Assembly: GCA_047975565.1 (NCBI GenBank) | Contig: JBKEDT010000040.1 | Coordinates: 7,316 to 71,315, forward strand | Direction: 5' to 3' | DNA from: Enterococcus sp. | GTDB lineage: Bacteria; Bacillota; Bacilli; Lactobacillales; Enterococcaceae | DNA length: 64,000 nt | Shown here: in pieces, positions 23,054-34,300 of the stretch | How the letters are laid out: each line of letters starts with the position of its first letter | Numbering within the stretch: the first letter of the stretch is position 1 | Notes under the pieces: model-generated | What the model saw: only the letters and a program-made list of their open reading frames with translations | Database searches by the model: none | Told to the model about the DNA's origin: nothing | Made by a program: the position numbers and the translations under genes

Positions 23054-23136
23054 AAAAAAGGGTCGGACCCCAAAAGAGGTTCCAAACCCTTCTCTCGCAC
23101 CTCAGAGTTCTCTGAAGATTGAGGATTACGTTGGCA
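23054..23136 (-). ncRNA. Candidate small RNA
   Basis: TTGACG (23171-23166)-N18-GATACT (23147-23142) with TG extension, about 80 nt with an internal hairpin, then a GC-rich terminator and T tract. Confidence 0.4.
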
Positions 23137-23187
23137 AAGATAGTATCGCACAACAAACATATGTTCGTCAACTATCAATTTGATTTT

Positions 23188-23523
23188 TTAGATAAAACTT
23201 GCGTAAGCGATTCCACCTGGCTGTAATCCAAATTCCGCTTTTTTCGGTAATGACAAACGTTCTTCCTCGACTGCTGTCATCATTTGGTTCGCCCAATTTT
23301 CTAAACATCCTGGAACACGGATTGCTTCTGGCCCATTTTGTGTTTGAACAGTCAGTAAGGGCGTTTCATTCGTTGCAGTCGATACGCTCAGGATCTCATA
23401 AGATGCAGGTATCGAAGCTACACGAAGTAGCGTATGTAAGTGGGGTTGATCGACGTAGATTTTTGCTCCATGTTCATTTGTATGATATGTACCTTTGTTA
23501 TCTTTCGTTGTTTGAATTGTCAT
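23188..23523 (-). CDS. Hypothetical protein (111 aa)
   Basis: Strong RBS AGGAGG, ATG start; no recognisable family. Confidence 0.75.
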   Translation of the reverse strand: MTIQTTKDNKGTYHTNEHGAKIYVDQPHLHTLLRVASIPASYEILSVSTATNETPLLTVQTQNGPEAIRVPGCLENWANQMMTAVEEERLSLPKKAEFGLQPGGIAYASFI

Positions 23524-23580
23524 TGTTTATCCCTCCTACATCGTATTTTACACATATTAAATTAAATTACAAGTATTTTT

Positions 23581-23594
23581 TGTAACCGTTATCA
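23581..23594. promoter_or_regulatory. cre (CcpA) site
   Basis: TGTAACCGTTATCA matches TGWAANCGNTNWCA at all positions; upstream of the 111-aa gene. Confidence 0.6.
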
Positions 23595-23719
23595 ATCTGT
23601 ATTTTATAAGTTTTCTATCTATTTCAAAAAAATAAAGCGCCCATTACTTTAAGACGTGCTTTCATATTTGTTACAGAAAAAGAACTTGGATCATCCATAG
23701 GATCCAAGTTCTTTTATTC

Positions 23720-25795
23720 TTATTTATTTTCCATTGCTGCTTTTAGTGCAGCTGCTAACGGACTTTCTTGTTCTTCGTCTTCTTGATTGTATTTTTTCAA
23801 TAAACGACGTTCTTCATGCTTCGTCATTTTTTTCTTACGTTCTTTTTTATCTAACATCTTTTCTGTTGTGCCATCATACTTACAACGGAAATACGCTCCA
23901 GATTTTCCTTCGATGATTTCCATTTTACGATGACATTGTGGGCAACGATGATTCGATACTTTAGGTTCTTTTCTACGTTTGTAGTGACAGTCTGGATTTG
24001 TGCAGACATAGATTTTTCCGTCACGTGTATTTTTTTCTTTAAGGTTTGCTCCACATTCCGGACATTTTTTTTGTGTAATTGAGAAGTCTTGGTATTCTTG
24101 GCGACTTTCTTTTACTTCTTGAACCAAGCGTTTTGTTTCTTTTTCAATTCCAGATAAAAATCCTCGTGCGGATTTCTTTCCAAGCGCAATTGCTTCTAAG
24201 TCTTGTTCCCAACTAGCAGTTAAATCAGGCGTCACGAGCGATGGATTGACTAATTCAAGCAATTGTTTGCCTTTAGAGGACACTTGTAGTCCACTAGGCG
24301 TACGTTCCATCAACTCAGATTTGATTAATTTTTCGATGATTTCTGCACGTGTCGCTGGTGTCCCTAAGCTATATTTCTCCATTTGCCCTAGTAATGAACC
24401 TTCTGTTAAAGGTTTGGGTGGTGCAGATAATTCTTTCTGAATAGAAAATACTGGTTGGATGCGACTTCCTTCTTTGAGTGTTAGCGCTTCTTGCGGTTTC
24501 ACTTCGGCTTTCTTCCAACCTTCTTGAATCACATGATTTTGACGGAAAGTAAATGTTTCATCTCCAAATGTGACGGTACTCGTTGTCTGACTTACTTTAT
24601 GCGGTTCAGCAAATAGACCTAAGAAACGATTCACGATCATATGATAAATTTTTTGTTCCTCATTGCTTAATTTTTCATAACGTACTTTATTCTCTGTTGG
24701 TAATAAGGCATGGTGATCCGTTACACGACTATCGTTGAATACCTTCGTTTGCTTTACTTTTGCTCCTTCTTTTAAGTAGAGCTTCACTTCAGGTGCAAAG
24801 TCACTTACGGCTTGTAGTCGTTCTTTCATGGTTGCTTTCATATCATTGGTTAGGTATTTACTATCTGTTCGTGGATAAGTCACGATTTTATGTGTTTCAT
24901 ATAAGCTTTGGACAACACCTAATGTCTTTTTCGCTGAATAACCAAAACGTTGGTTTGCTTCTCGTTGAATCTCTGTTAAATCATATGGAAGTGGTGCTGC
25001 TTCAGTTTTTACTTTTTCTTTGACCGCAGTAACTGTTCCATTATGTTTACTCATTTTTTGAATCAATTCTTCTGCTTGCACACGTTCTTTCAGAGCAAAC
25101 TGATTCTGTTGTGTTCGTTTGGCTTTTTCTTTACCCACTTCTAATGTGATTGTAAAGTAGGTTTGTGGACGGAAGCTTTCAATTTTCTTCTCTTGTGTCC
25201 GGACAAGTGCCAAGGTTGGTGTTTGTACACGTCCGGCAGAAAGATTGTCTGAGTACTTCACCGTTAACGCACGGGTTACGTTCAGGCCGACCAACCAGTC
25301 TGCTTTCGCACGTGCTAAAGCAGATTGATACAAGTCATCATATGCTTTGGCAGGTTTTAAGTTACGAAAGCCTTCTTTGATTGCTTTATCCGTCTGAGAA
25401 GAAATCCAAAGACGTTTTACCGGTTTGTTGAAATGGACATATTCCAAGATCCAACGTGCCACAAGTTCTCCTTCACGTCCTGCATCGGTTGCAATAACAG
25501 CTTCAGAAATGTCCTTTCTGTTAGCTAATTGTTTGATTGCTTTTAACTGATAGCCGGTTTTAGGCAATGGCTTGATCCCCAACTGCTTCGGTATCATTGG
25601 CAATGTCTCCATTTGCCATGTTTGCCATTCTTTATTTAAGTCTTCGGGCATTTTTAATCCCAATAAATGACCAAGAGCCCAAGTAACGATTACCTTGGGT
25701 CCTTCATAATAATTTTTATGTTTTTGATTAGCTCCAAGCACCTTGCTTAGGTCTTTCGCAACGCTTGGCTTTTCCGCTAGAATTAGTTGTTTCAT
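23720..25795 (-). CDS. topB: DNA topoisomerase III
   Basis: LILAEKPSVA, ATDAGREGE, SAGRVQTPTL, TYPRTDS, C-terminal Zn ribbons; RBS AAGGA before MKQLIL. Confidence 0.95.
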   Translation of the reverse strand: MKQLILAEKPSVAKDLSKVLGANQKHKNYYEGPKVIVTWALGHLLGLKMPEDLNKEWQTWQMETLPMIPKQLGIKPLPKTGYQLKAIKQLANRKDISEAVIATDAGREGELVARWILEYVHFNKPVKRLWISSQTDKAIKEGFRNLKPAKAYDDLYQSALARAKADWLVGLNVTRALTVKYSDNLSAGRVQTPTLALVRTQEKKIESFRPQTYFTITLEVGKEKAKRTQQNQFALKERVQAEELIQKMSKHNGTVTAVKEKVKTEAAPLPYDLTEIQREANQRFGYSAKKTLGVVQSLYETHKIVTYPRTDSKYLTNDMKATMKERLQAVSDFAPEVKLYLKEGAKVKQTKVFNDSRVTDHHALLPTENKVRYEKLSNEEQKIYHMIVNRFLGLFAEPHKVSQTTSTVTFGDETFTFRQNHVIQEGWKKAEVKPQEALTLKEGSRIQPVFSIQKELSAPPKPLTEGSLLGQMEKYSLGTPATRAEIIEKLIKSELMERTPSGLQVSSKGKQLLELVNPSLVTPDLTASWEQDLEAIALGKKSARGFLSGIEKETKRLVQEVKESRQEYQDFSITQKKCPECGANLKEKNTRDGKIYVCTNPDCHYKRRKEPKVSNHRCPQCHRKMEIIEGKSGAYFRCKYDGTTEKMLDKKERKKKMTKHEERRLLKKYNQEDEEQESPLAAALKAAMENK

Positions 25796-26105
25796 AGAGT
25801 TCCTTCCTACTTTCAATAGCTACTGGTTGATAATCTTTTAACAAGGCAATTCCTTTATACTGTTGCAAATCATCATCACATTCCTCACACCAGCGCAACT
25901 CTTCTGTGTTCCAAAAAGCGCACAAAAAATTAGGTTTTGCATTTATGTAAGTATAGTGCGTACAAATTTGTTGCCATTGCTTTGTGTAAAATTTTTGCGC
26001 TTCTTCAAATGTTTGAAAAGAGACCTCTGCTTCGATTTCTTGTTGCCAATCTTCAAAAAACCACCAGGGCTCATTATCTCCATACATCATCACCACTTGG
26101 TACAT
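25728..26105 (-). CDS. DUF1033-like protein
   Basis: MYQVVMMYGDNEPWWFFEDW...WCEECDDDLQQY; RBS GGAGG. Confidence 0.8.
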   Translation of the reverse strand: MYQVVMMYGDNEPWWFFEDWQQEIEAEVSFQTFEEAQKFYTKQWQQICTHYTYINAKPNFLCAFWNTEELRWCEECDDDLQQYKGIALLKDYQPVAIESRKELYETTNSSGKAKRCERPKQGAWS

Positions 26106-26371
26106 TCACTCGCTCCTCCATTGAAATAAACTAAACTCATCTTAGTCACTTTTCATCAAAGTTGCAAGAAATCGGTTTGCTTCTTCTCACGCTAGTTCCT
26201 ATTTCTTTACTTATTTAAGTAAATTGCTGTATGTTACACCACAAAAATCGGTACTTCTTTCTAGTTTACCATGAAAAATGTTAAGAAAAAAGATAGAGTC
26301 ATTGCGAAAGCTAGCTATCTAGTTTAGACTAATCAATTGTAAGTGGATTTTTTAGAAAGAAGGCTATATTT

Positions 26372-27637
26372 TTGATTAGCAGAATAAAACAAAACATATT
26401 TAGAAAACGTGAAACATGGGAAAAGAATTTGATTGTACTTTGGTTTGGTACATTCATGACCGGAATTGGATTTAGCTTAGTGATGCCTTTCATGTCTTTG
26501 TACATAGATACACTCGGTGACTTTACAACCAAACAGCTTAATTTTTGGAGTGGATTAACTTTTTCTTCTACATTTTTAGTAACCGCCATCGTTTCTCCTA
26601 TTTGGGGAAGACTTGCTGACCAAAAAGGACGGAAGATCATGCTCCTACGTGCTTCATTAGGGATGTCTGTTATCCTTGCCGCAATGGGGCTAGTTTCTAG
26701 TGTGTACCAAATCGTGGCGTTACGCTTTTTGCAAGGCGTCTTCTCTGGGTATATTAGTAACTCAACTGCTCTGATTGCTACAGGGACACCTAAAGAAAAA
26801 AGCGGACAGGTTCTTGGAACACTTGCCACTGGTGCAGTTACAGGACAACTACTTGGCCCACTACTCGGTGGGGTCACCGCTTCTGCTTTTGGTTTTAGAC
26901 AAACATTCTTTATTACTGGGACTATCTTGTTCCTTGTCTTTCTTCTTACGATTTTCTTTGTTCATGAAGAATTTGTCCCCGTTAAGAAAGAAGATATGAC
27001 CTCAGCAAAAGAAATCTTTCAAACGCTTCGTTATCCTCGTTTGATTTTGGGCATGTTCATTACAACAATGATTATCCAAGCATCCAACAATTCAATCAGT
27101 CCGATCATTAGTTTGTATGTACGACAATTGTTGCATGGTCACGGTGATGTAACCTTGATCAGTGGAATCATTGCATCGATTCCAGGTATTGCCACCTTGA
27201 TTGCTGCTCCACGAATGGGTCGCTTAGGTGACCGTATTGGTAGTGAACGCATCTTGGCAATTGGGCTGATCTTTGCAATCATTGTATTTATTCCAATGGC
27301 TTTTGTTCAAAATGTCTGGGAATTAGGTATCCTTCGTTTCCTGATTGGTCTATCTGATGCGTGCTTACTTCCTGCAGTTCAAACTTTGATTACCAAATAT
27401 TCTCCACATAGCGCAGCTGGTCGATTGTTTAGTTACAATCAATCCTTCCAAGCAGCAGGGAATGTTGCTGGTCCTATGATTGGCTCTAGCGTCTCAAACA
27501 TCTTTGGGTATCGCGGTGTTTTCCTTTCTACTTCTGCACTTGTAGGTATCAATTGGTTATTGGTACGAAGAAACACACATGAATTAAAGGAACAAGAACC
27601 AACAGAAGCTTTCGCACATGAATCAAATCAACATTAA
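26372..27637 (+). CDS. MFS transporter (MdtG/DHA1-like)
   Basis: WEKNLIVLWFG, WGRLADQKGRK, GRLGDRIG; about 12 TM; start codon uncertain. Confidence 0.88.
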   Translation: MISRIKQNIFRKRETWEKNLIVLWFGTFMTGIGFSLVMPFMSLYIDTLGDFTTKQLNFWSGLTFSSTFLVTAIVSPIWGRLADQKGRKIMLLRASLGMSVILAAMGLVSSVYQIVALRFLQGVFSGYISNSTALIATGTPKEKSGQVLGTLATGAVTGQLLGPLLGGVTASAFGFRQTFFITGTILFLVFLLTIFFVHEEFVPVKKEDMTSAKEIFQTLRYPRLILGMFITTMIIQASNNSISPIISLYVRQLLHGHGDVTLISGIIASIPGIATLIAAPRMGRLGDRIGSERILAIGLIFAIIVFIPMAFVQNVWELGILRFLIGLSDACLLPAVQTLITKYSPHSAAGRLFSYNQSFQAAGNVAGPMIGSSVSNIFGYRGVFLSTSALVGINWLLVRRNTHELKEQEPTEAFAHESNQH

Positions 27638-27653
27638 AATACGTTTAGACAGA

Positions 27654-27695
27654 AAAAGGAACGGGAACATTTTGATATGTTCCACGTTCCTTTTT
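27654..27695. terminator. Bidirectional terminator between the MFS gene and tyrS
   Basis: AAAAGGAACGGGAACA...TGTTCCACGTTCCTTTT. Confidence 0.75.
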
Positions 27696-27701
27696 GATTG
27701 T

Positions 27702-28958
27702 TTAAGCGACTACTTTAGCTAAAAAGTATTTTTTCTTTCCTTTACGGATAACAACGAATTTTCCGTCAAATTCTGTTGCTGGATCAATCATAAAGGCTAA
27801 ATCTGTAACACGGTCACCATTGATGTAAATGGCCCCATTTGATACATCTTCACGTGCTTGACGTTTTGATTTTTCAATTCCAGTTGCAACAAGAAGTTCT
27901 ACGATATTTTCCGGTGTGCTTGAAATTTCAACAGTTGGCATTTTACCAAATCCTTGTTCAATTTCTTTCGCATTTAATTCTTTGATATTGCCAGAAAATA
28001 AAGCTTCTGTGATTTTTTGTGCTTCTTGTAAATCTTCTTCACTGTGAACAAAACGAGTTACTTCTTCAGCTAAGCGGCGTTGTGCTTCACGTTTTTCTGG
28101 TGCTGTAGCCACTTTTTCTTCTAATTCTTCAATTTCTTCTTGTGTTAAGAAAGTGAAGAATTTCAAGTATTTTACAACATCACGATCGTCTTGATTTAAC
28201 CAGAATTGGTAGAATTCAAATGGAGAAGTTTTCTTCGGATCTAACCAAATTGCCCCACCTGCTGTTTTACCAAATTTTGTTCCATCGGCTTTTAACATCA
28301 ATGGAATCGTTAGACAGAACGCTTCAGCTTCTGTACCTTCAAGTTTACGAATCAAGTCTAGCCCAGAAGTGATATTTCCCCATTGGTCTGCACCACCAAT
28401 TTGTAATTGTACATCATGTTCCCGGTACAAATGCAAGAAATCAATGGATTGTAGAATTTGGTAAGTAAATTCTGTAAATGAAATTCCCACTTCAAGACGA
28501 CTTGCGACGATGTCTTTTGCAAGCATTGTATTGATATTGAAGTTTTTCCCGTAGTCACGTAAGAAATCTAATAAAGAGAGTTTTGATAACCAATCGTAGT
28601 TATTTACAAAAGTAAAGTCCCCATCATGCCCAAATAATTTTGTCATTTGGTTTGAAAGAGCTTCAACATTGTGTTGTACTTGTTCCATTGTTTGAAGGAC
28701 ACGTTCTGAATTACGGCCACTTGGATCACCAATAGATCCTGTTCCTCCACCAATAACAATATATGGATGGTGTCCAGCTAATTGGAATCGTTTCATCATC
28801 ATAAATGGAATCAAATGCCCAATATGCATAGAATCTCCTGTTGGGTCAACCCCACAGTAAAGAGAGATACTCTTTTCATCAACAAGTTCATGTAGTCTTT
28901 CTTCGTTGGTTTGTTGATTGATGGCATCGCGCCAAGTTAGTTCATCAATAATATTCAT
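27702..28958 (-). CDS. tyrS: Tyrosine--tRNA ligase
   Basis: YCGVDPTGDSMHIGH, QIGGADQWGNI, KFGKT, C-terminal S4 domain. Confidence 0.97.
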   Translation of the reverse strand: MNIIDELTWRDAINQQTNEERLHELVDEKSISLYCGVDPTGDSMHIGHLIPFMMMKRFQLAGHHPYIVIGGGTGSIGDPSGRNSERVLQTMEQVQHNVEALSNQMTKLFGHDGDFTFVNNYDWLSKLSLLDFLRDYGKNFNINTMLAKDIVASRLEVGISFTEFTYQILQSIDFLHLYREHDVQLQIGGADQWGNITSGLDLIRKLEGTEAEAFCLTIPLMLKADGTKFGKTAGGAIWLDPKKTSPFEFYQFWLNQDDRDVVKYLKFFTFLTQEEIEELEEKVATAPEKREAQRRLAEEVTRFVHSEEDLQEAQKITEALFSGNIKELNAKEIEQGFGKMPTVEISSTPENIVELLVATGIEKSKRQAREDVSNGAIYINGDRVTDLAFMIDPATEFDGKFVVIRKGKKKYFLAKVVA

Positions 28959-29009
28959 TTTTTACCCTCCGTCTGATTTTTATAATTTTCATTGTATACG
29001 AATCGTAAA

Positions 29010-29231
29010 CAAAAAAAGTCCCTTGGCTACTAGCCAAGGGACGAAAATTCGTGGTACCACCCAAATTATATGTTAAAAAATAACATACATCTCAAACATT
29101 TAACGCTGTCGCGTGACATTCTTGTCAAAGACTCCGGAACTGTACTTCGTCGTAAAGCATGTACTAGTTTGCAGCATCCACTAGCTCTCTGAAACATTGG
29201 CTTTATTACTACTATGGTTCGTTCACTGTCT
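29010..29231 (-). promoter_or_regulatory. Tyr T-box leader
   Basis: AGAGA and GCTG.AA loops, specifier GAA-G-TAC-A (29144-29142), T-box GGGTGGTACCACG (29062-29050), terminator GTCCCTTGGCTA/TAGCCAAGGGAC plus T tract. Confidence 0.93.
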
Positions 29232-29309
29232 TCTATCTATTCAATTCTATGCACTCATGATAAATGTTCTAGAATTTTTTGTCAACAACAACATAGGCTA
29301 CCTTTTTTC

Positions 29310-30446
<1,137 letters not shown>

Positions 30447-30561
30447 TCAATTAGATTTTTCCGAAAATATCTACGAGTTGAAGGTCGCAACTTTTCAGTG
30501 AGGTTTCATTATACGTCATTTTTTTGAAAATTTCACGTATTTCTTCATTCTTAATCGATTG

Positions 30562-31167
30562 CTAAAGAATTTTCTTTAACTCCGCCTCTTTCGCTTGAAC
30601 AAGTGCGGTAATATTCGCTTCAGATAACGGTGTACCAAAGGGAAGTTTTTGTTCAAGTAACTCTCTTTCCGGCGCATCTACCCCTACATTGATGTCCTGA
30701 GCAATCGGTACACTGTAATGATGAATATGTCCATGCAAGTTACAGATTGTATCTAATTTATTTAATAACATTGGATAATGCGTCATGTAGTACTGCTGAT
30801 GATTGAATTTCACAATTGCCCCGACATCATGAAATGCAAATTTTGCTGTTCCATCCGGCATTTTTGGATCGTGTTCTTCTAAGTAATGAAAAAACGCACG
30901 ACTATCATGATTGCCTTTGATAAAAATAATCTTTCCATTCAATTGTTGTAAGATTGCTAAGACATCTGCACTTCCTTTTTCAAACTGCGGATGCATAGCC
31001 ACATCCCCCAAATGATAGACCGTATCTGTTTCTTTGACTGCACGATTCCAATTCGTAATCATCGTATGGTGCATTGCTTCCACACTATCGAACAATCGAG
31101 GCGCAAAATCATTTTGTCCTAATAGGCTCTCATGGAAATAATGCGTATCACTAATAAAGTATTTCAT
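30562..31167 (-). CDS. Calcineurin-like metallophosphoesterase
   Basis: ISDTHY.H, HLGDV, KGNHD, HGHIH; start at MKYFISD. Confidence 0.88.
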   Translation of the reverse strand: MKYFISDTHYFHESLLGQNDFAPRLFDSVEAMHHTMITNWNRAVKETDTVYHLGDVAMHPQFEKGSADVLAILQQLNGKIIFIKGNHDSRAFFHYLEEHDPKMPDGTAKFAFHDVGAIVKFNHQQYYMTHYPMLLNKLDTICNLHGHIHHYSVPIAQDINVGVDAPERELLEQKLPFGTPLSEANITALVQAKEAELKKIL

Positions 31168-31232
31168 TATCCACACCCCTTTGATATGAAAAAAGACTGG
31201 GACAAGATTTGCCACAGTCACTTTGCTTTTAT

Positions 31233-31574
31233 TTATACCTTTTCAAATAATCCACGGCTGATCATACCGTCCATTAAGAAATAGAATTTTTCTTGACTCA
31301 TCTCTTGCTTCGCATCTTTAAAAATATCGACGGTTTTCAATCCATTCGCCGTTGTAATCGACATTTTAAATGTCTTGATATCTTTTGAAACGGTGATTTT
31401 CAATTTAAATCCTTCTTTGCTTTGTGGTGTTGCATCCAGTGGACGGATCAATTGGAAATTCCCTCCGTTTGTTTCAATAAATCCATTGTCACGTAATGTG
31501 TATCGCTTTGCAGCTGGAGCTAATTGATATGTAACGTCAGATCCTAAAACTTGTGCTGTTTTTGCAAATCCCAT
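31233..31574 (-). CDS. DUF1831-like protein (usually next to cysteine desulfurase)
   Basis: KRYTLRDNGF.ET..GNFQ..R.L; downstream of iscS; RBS GAGGTG. Confidence 0.8.
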   Translation of the reverse strand: MGFAKTAQVLGSDVTYQLAPAAKRYTLRDNGFIETNGGNFQLIRPLDATPQSKEGFKLKITVSKDIKTFKMSITTANGLKTVDIFKDAKQEMSQEKFYFLMDGMISRGLFEKV

Positions 31575-31699
31575 CTTCTTTCACCTCACATGTATTTATC
31601 TTTATTATAGAGGTTTCTCGATAGTTTGACTAGACTCTTCTGTTACACCATTACTCAAAAGGACTTGAGACACAAATTTGTCCCAAGTCCCTTATTTTA

Positions 31700-31960
31700 G
31701 GAGCTGTGCGCTCGAAATATAACCTTTTATCGGTATAGTTCTCTCAACTCCTTCGGAAATAAGTGCTTCCTTCAAAAATCTTGACTACAATTTTTGCGGA
31801 ATCTTCCTTATTTCTCGGAGCTGTACGCTCGAAATATAACCTTTTATCGGTATAGTTCTCTCAACTCCTTCGGAAATAAGTTGCTTCCTTCAAAAATCTT
31901 GACTACAATTTTTGCGGAATCTTCCTTATTTCTCGGAGCTGTGCGCTCGAAATATAACCT
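31700..31960. repeat. Tandem array of about 2.2 copies of a 117/118-bp palindromic unit (EFAR-like)
   Basis: Units start GGAGCTGT(G/A)CGCTCGAAATATAACC at 31700, 31817 and 31935; each full unit has CTCCTTCGGAAATAAG...CTTATTTCTCGGAG arms. Confidence 0.9.
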
Positions 31961-33101
31961 AACCTAACTGTTGGATGCTTTCAACCAAAATTGCTGCAAA
32001 TTTTTGAACGTCTTCTAGTGTATTTCCGTAGCCAAAGCTAATTCGGATGGATTCACGAATACGTTCGCTATCTGTTCCATACATTGCTTCTAAAACATGT
32101 GAAGGTTCTATGTTTCCTGCTGTACATGCAGAACCTGTTGAGATAGCAATTCCTTTTAAGTCTAATTTCATTAACAGCATATCATTCATTTTTCCTTTGA
32201 TGTGCAAGTTCAATACATGTGGCAATTTATTTGTTAAATCTCCATTCACATGGTAGTCGACTGACGCATCATCAAGTGCATGCAAAATAACTGTTTGAAA
32301 TTCATGATATTTTTGAGTACGGGCTTCACGTTCTTCATCCGTTAGAAGTAACGCTGCTTGACTCATACCCCAAATCCCTGCCAAATTTTCCGTTCCAGCA
32401 CGACGTTTTTCTTCTTGTTCTCCGCCACGCATAAATAATCCTAACTTGATTGCATCGTTTTTATATAAAAATCCAACGCCTTTTGGTCCATTTATTTTAT
32501 GTGCAGACGTACTCAATAAATCCACACCTAATTCATGCGGATGAATCAGTTCTGTTCCATATGCTTGGACTGCATCTGTATGGAAGTATGCTTGATGGTC
32601 TGCTAATAATTCACCGATTTCTTTAATCGGCATCAAATTACCGATTTCATTATTTCCATACATCACAGATACAAGTGTCGTATCTTCACGAAGCGCTTGT
32701 TTCACCGTATCAACAGATAGGTTTCCCTTTTCATCGACAGGGAGATAGGTAACTTCAAAACCCAATGTTTCTAAGTATTTCATGGTATTCAAAACTGCTG
32801 GGTGTTCAATGGCGGTAGTAATCAGGTGCTTCCCTTCACTTACACGTCCTAGAGCGGTTCCCAAAATCGCAGTGTTGTCGCCTTCTGTCCCTCCACTTGT
32901 AAAAATAATCTCATGTGGTTTGACCGCCAACGTATCTGCAATGATTTGACGCGCTGTTTCTAATTTTTCATGCGCTACACGCCCGAAGTGGTGCACACTT
33001 GAGGGGTTTCCAAAAGTCTGCTGCATAATCAGCATCATTTCATCGATTACTTTTGGGTGCATTGGTGTAGTTGCCGCATTGTCTAAATAAATATTTTCCA
33101 C
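31959..33101 (-). CDS. iscS: Cysteine desulfurase (IscS/NifS family)
   Basis: IYLDNAATTP, GNPSS, SAHKINGPKG, STGSACTAG; RBS AAAGGA supports the GTG start at 33101. Confidence 0.92.
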   Translation of the reverse strand: MENIYLDNAATTPMHPKVIDEMMLIMQQTFGNPSSVHHFGRVAHEKLETARQIIADTLAVKPHEIIFTSGGTEGDNTAILGTALGRVSEGKHLITTAIEHPAVLNTMKYLETLGFEVTYLPVDEKGNLSVDTVKQALREDTTLVSVMYGNNEIGNLMPIKEIGELLADHQAYFHTDAVQAYGTELIHPHELGVDLLSTSAHKINGPKGVGFLYKNDAIKLGLFMRGGEQEEKRRAGTENLAGIWGMSQAALLLTDEEREARTQKYHEFQTVILHALDDASVDYHVNGDLTNKLPHVLNLHIKGKMNDMLLMKLDLKGIAISTGSACTAGNIEPSHVLEAMYGTDSERIRESIRISFGYGNTLEDVQKFAAILVESIQQLG

Positions 33102-33247
33102 CTGATTCATTCCTTTCATGCGAATAGCTAGGCACATTCTAGCACAAATTTTGTATTTTACAAAAAATGTGGTTTTTTTAAGTAAAAAAAGACCTGGAAC
33201 ATGCTTTTGTCCCAAGGCCTTTCTTGATTTTCTATAGGTAGTGTTGT

Positions 33248-34222
33248 TTAGTCGAATGCTTTTTCTTCTAAACGGAACAATGGACTCATTGGTGTATTTT
33301 CATGAATACGTTTCACTGCTTCACCCATTAATTCAGAACATGTAACGATTGTTAAGTTTTCTGGGTGACGATCATCACTTGTCCAAACAGAATCAGTGAT
33401 ACAAATATCTTTGATTGGCGCTGCATCTAAAATTGATTTAGCAGGAACAGATAACAAACCATGTGATGCACATGCATATATATCATTTGCCCCATTTTCT
33501 TTTAGGACTTTTGCAGCACGAGCAAATGTTTCGCCTGTATTTAAGATATCATCGACCATAATACATGTTTTTCCATCTACATTCCCGATTACATAGCCAC
33601 TATCAGGTGTGCCATCTTCATCATGATCAACAATCGCTAATGTACAGTCTAAATATTCAGACAAACTACGTGCACGTTGCACCCCACTATTTTTTGGTGA
33701 AACAACGACAATATCGTCTCCAACTAACCCTAATTCGCGGTAATAGTGTGCGAACAATGGCATTGTAAACAAATTATCAACCGGAATATCAAAGAATCCT
33801 TGTACTTGGACGGTATGCAAGTCAAGTGTTAACACACGTGTTGCACCTGCTTCTTGGATAAGGTTTGCAATTAGTTTTGCTGTGATTGGTTCATGAGGTC
33901 TAGCTGTTCTATCTTGTCGTGCATAGCCGTAGTAAGGCAAAACAACGTTGATTGTTTTTGCACTCGCACGTTTCATTGCATCGATCATGATCAATAGTTC
34001 CATGTAATAATCATTCACAGGTGCATTGGTTGATTGAATAATGTACACATGATCCCCGCGAACACTTTCTTCGATATTGATTGCGATTTCTCCATCACTA
34101 AATTGTTTAACAACACTCTCACCTAAAGTTGTGCCAAAAACTTCTGCAATTTTTTCAGCGAGTGGACGGTTCCCATTCAAACTAAAAATCTTTAAAGTTT
34201 CATCTTTGTATTTCGTACTCAT
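33248..34222 (-). CDS. prs: Ribose-phosphate pyrophosphokinase paralog (atypical motifs)
   Basis: [28 protein letters not shown]; deviant VSPKNSG and DDILNTGET. Confidence 0.88.
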   Translation of the reverse strand: MSTKYKDETLKIFSLNGNRPLAEKIAEVFGTTLGESVVKQFSDGEIAINIEESVRGDHVYIIQSTNAPVNDYYMELLIMIDAMKRASAKTINVVLPYYGYARQDRTARPHEPITAKLIANLIQEAGATRVLTLDLHTVQVQGFFDIPVDNLFTMPLFAHYYRELGLVGDDIVVVSPKNSGVQRARSLSEYLDCTLAIVDHDEDGTPDSGYVIGNVDGKTCIMVDDILNTGETFARAAKVLKENGANDIYACASHGLLSVPAKSILDAAPIKDICITDSVWTSDDRHPENLTIVTCSELMGEAVKRIHENTPMSPLFRLEEKAFD

Positions 34223-34300
34223 GTAGGCCTCCCAAAAAAATGTATTCTTAGTTATTTTACCACAATTTTTTTAGTTTTTCTGATATTTTCAAGAAATAAA

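Noticed and set aside
22972..23178. 68-aa ORF
   Set aside because: Runs through a terminator and promoter elements; no RBS.
31700..31960. CRISPR array (three 26-bp repeats)
   Set aside because: The intervening roughly 91-bp segments are near-identical to each other and too long for spacers, and there are no cas genes; it is a tandem repeat.
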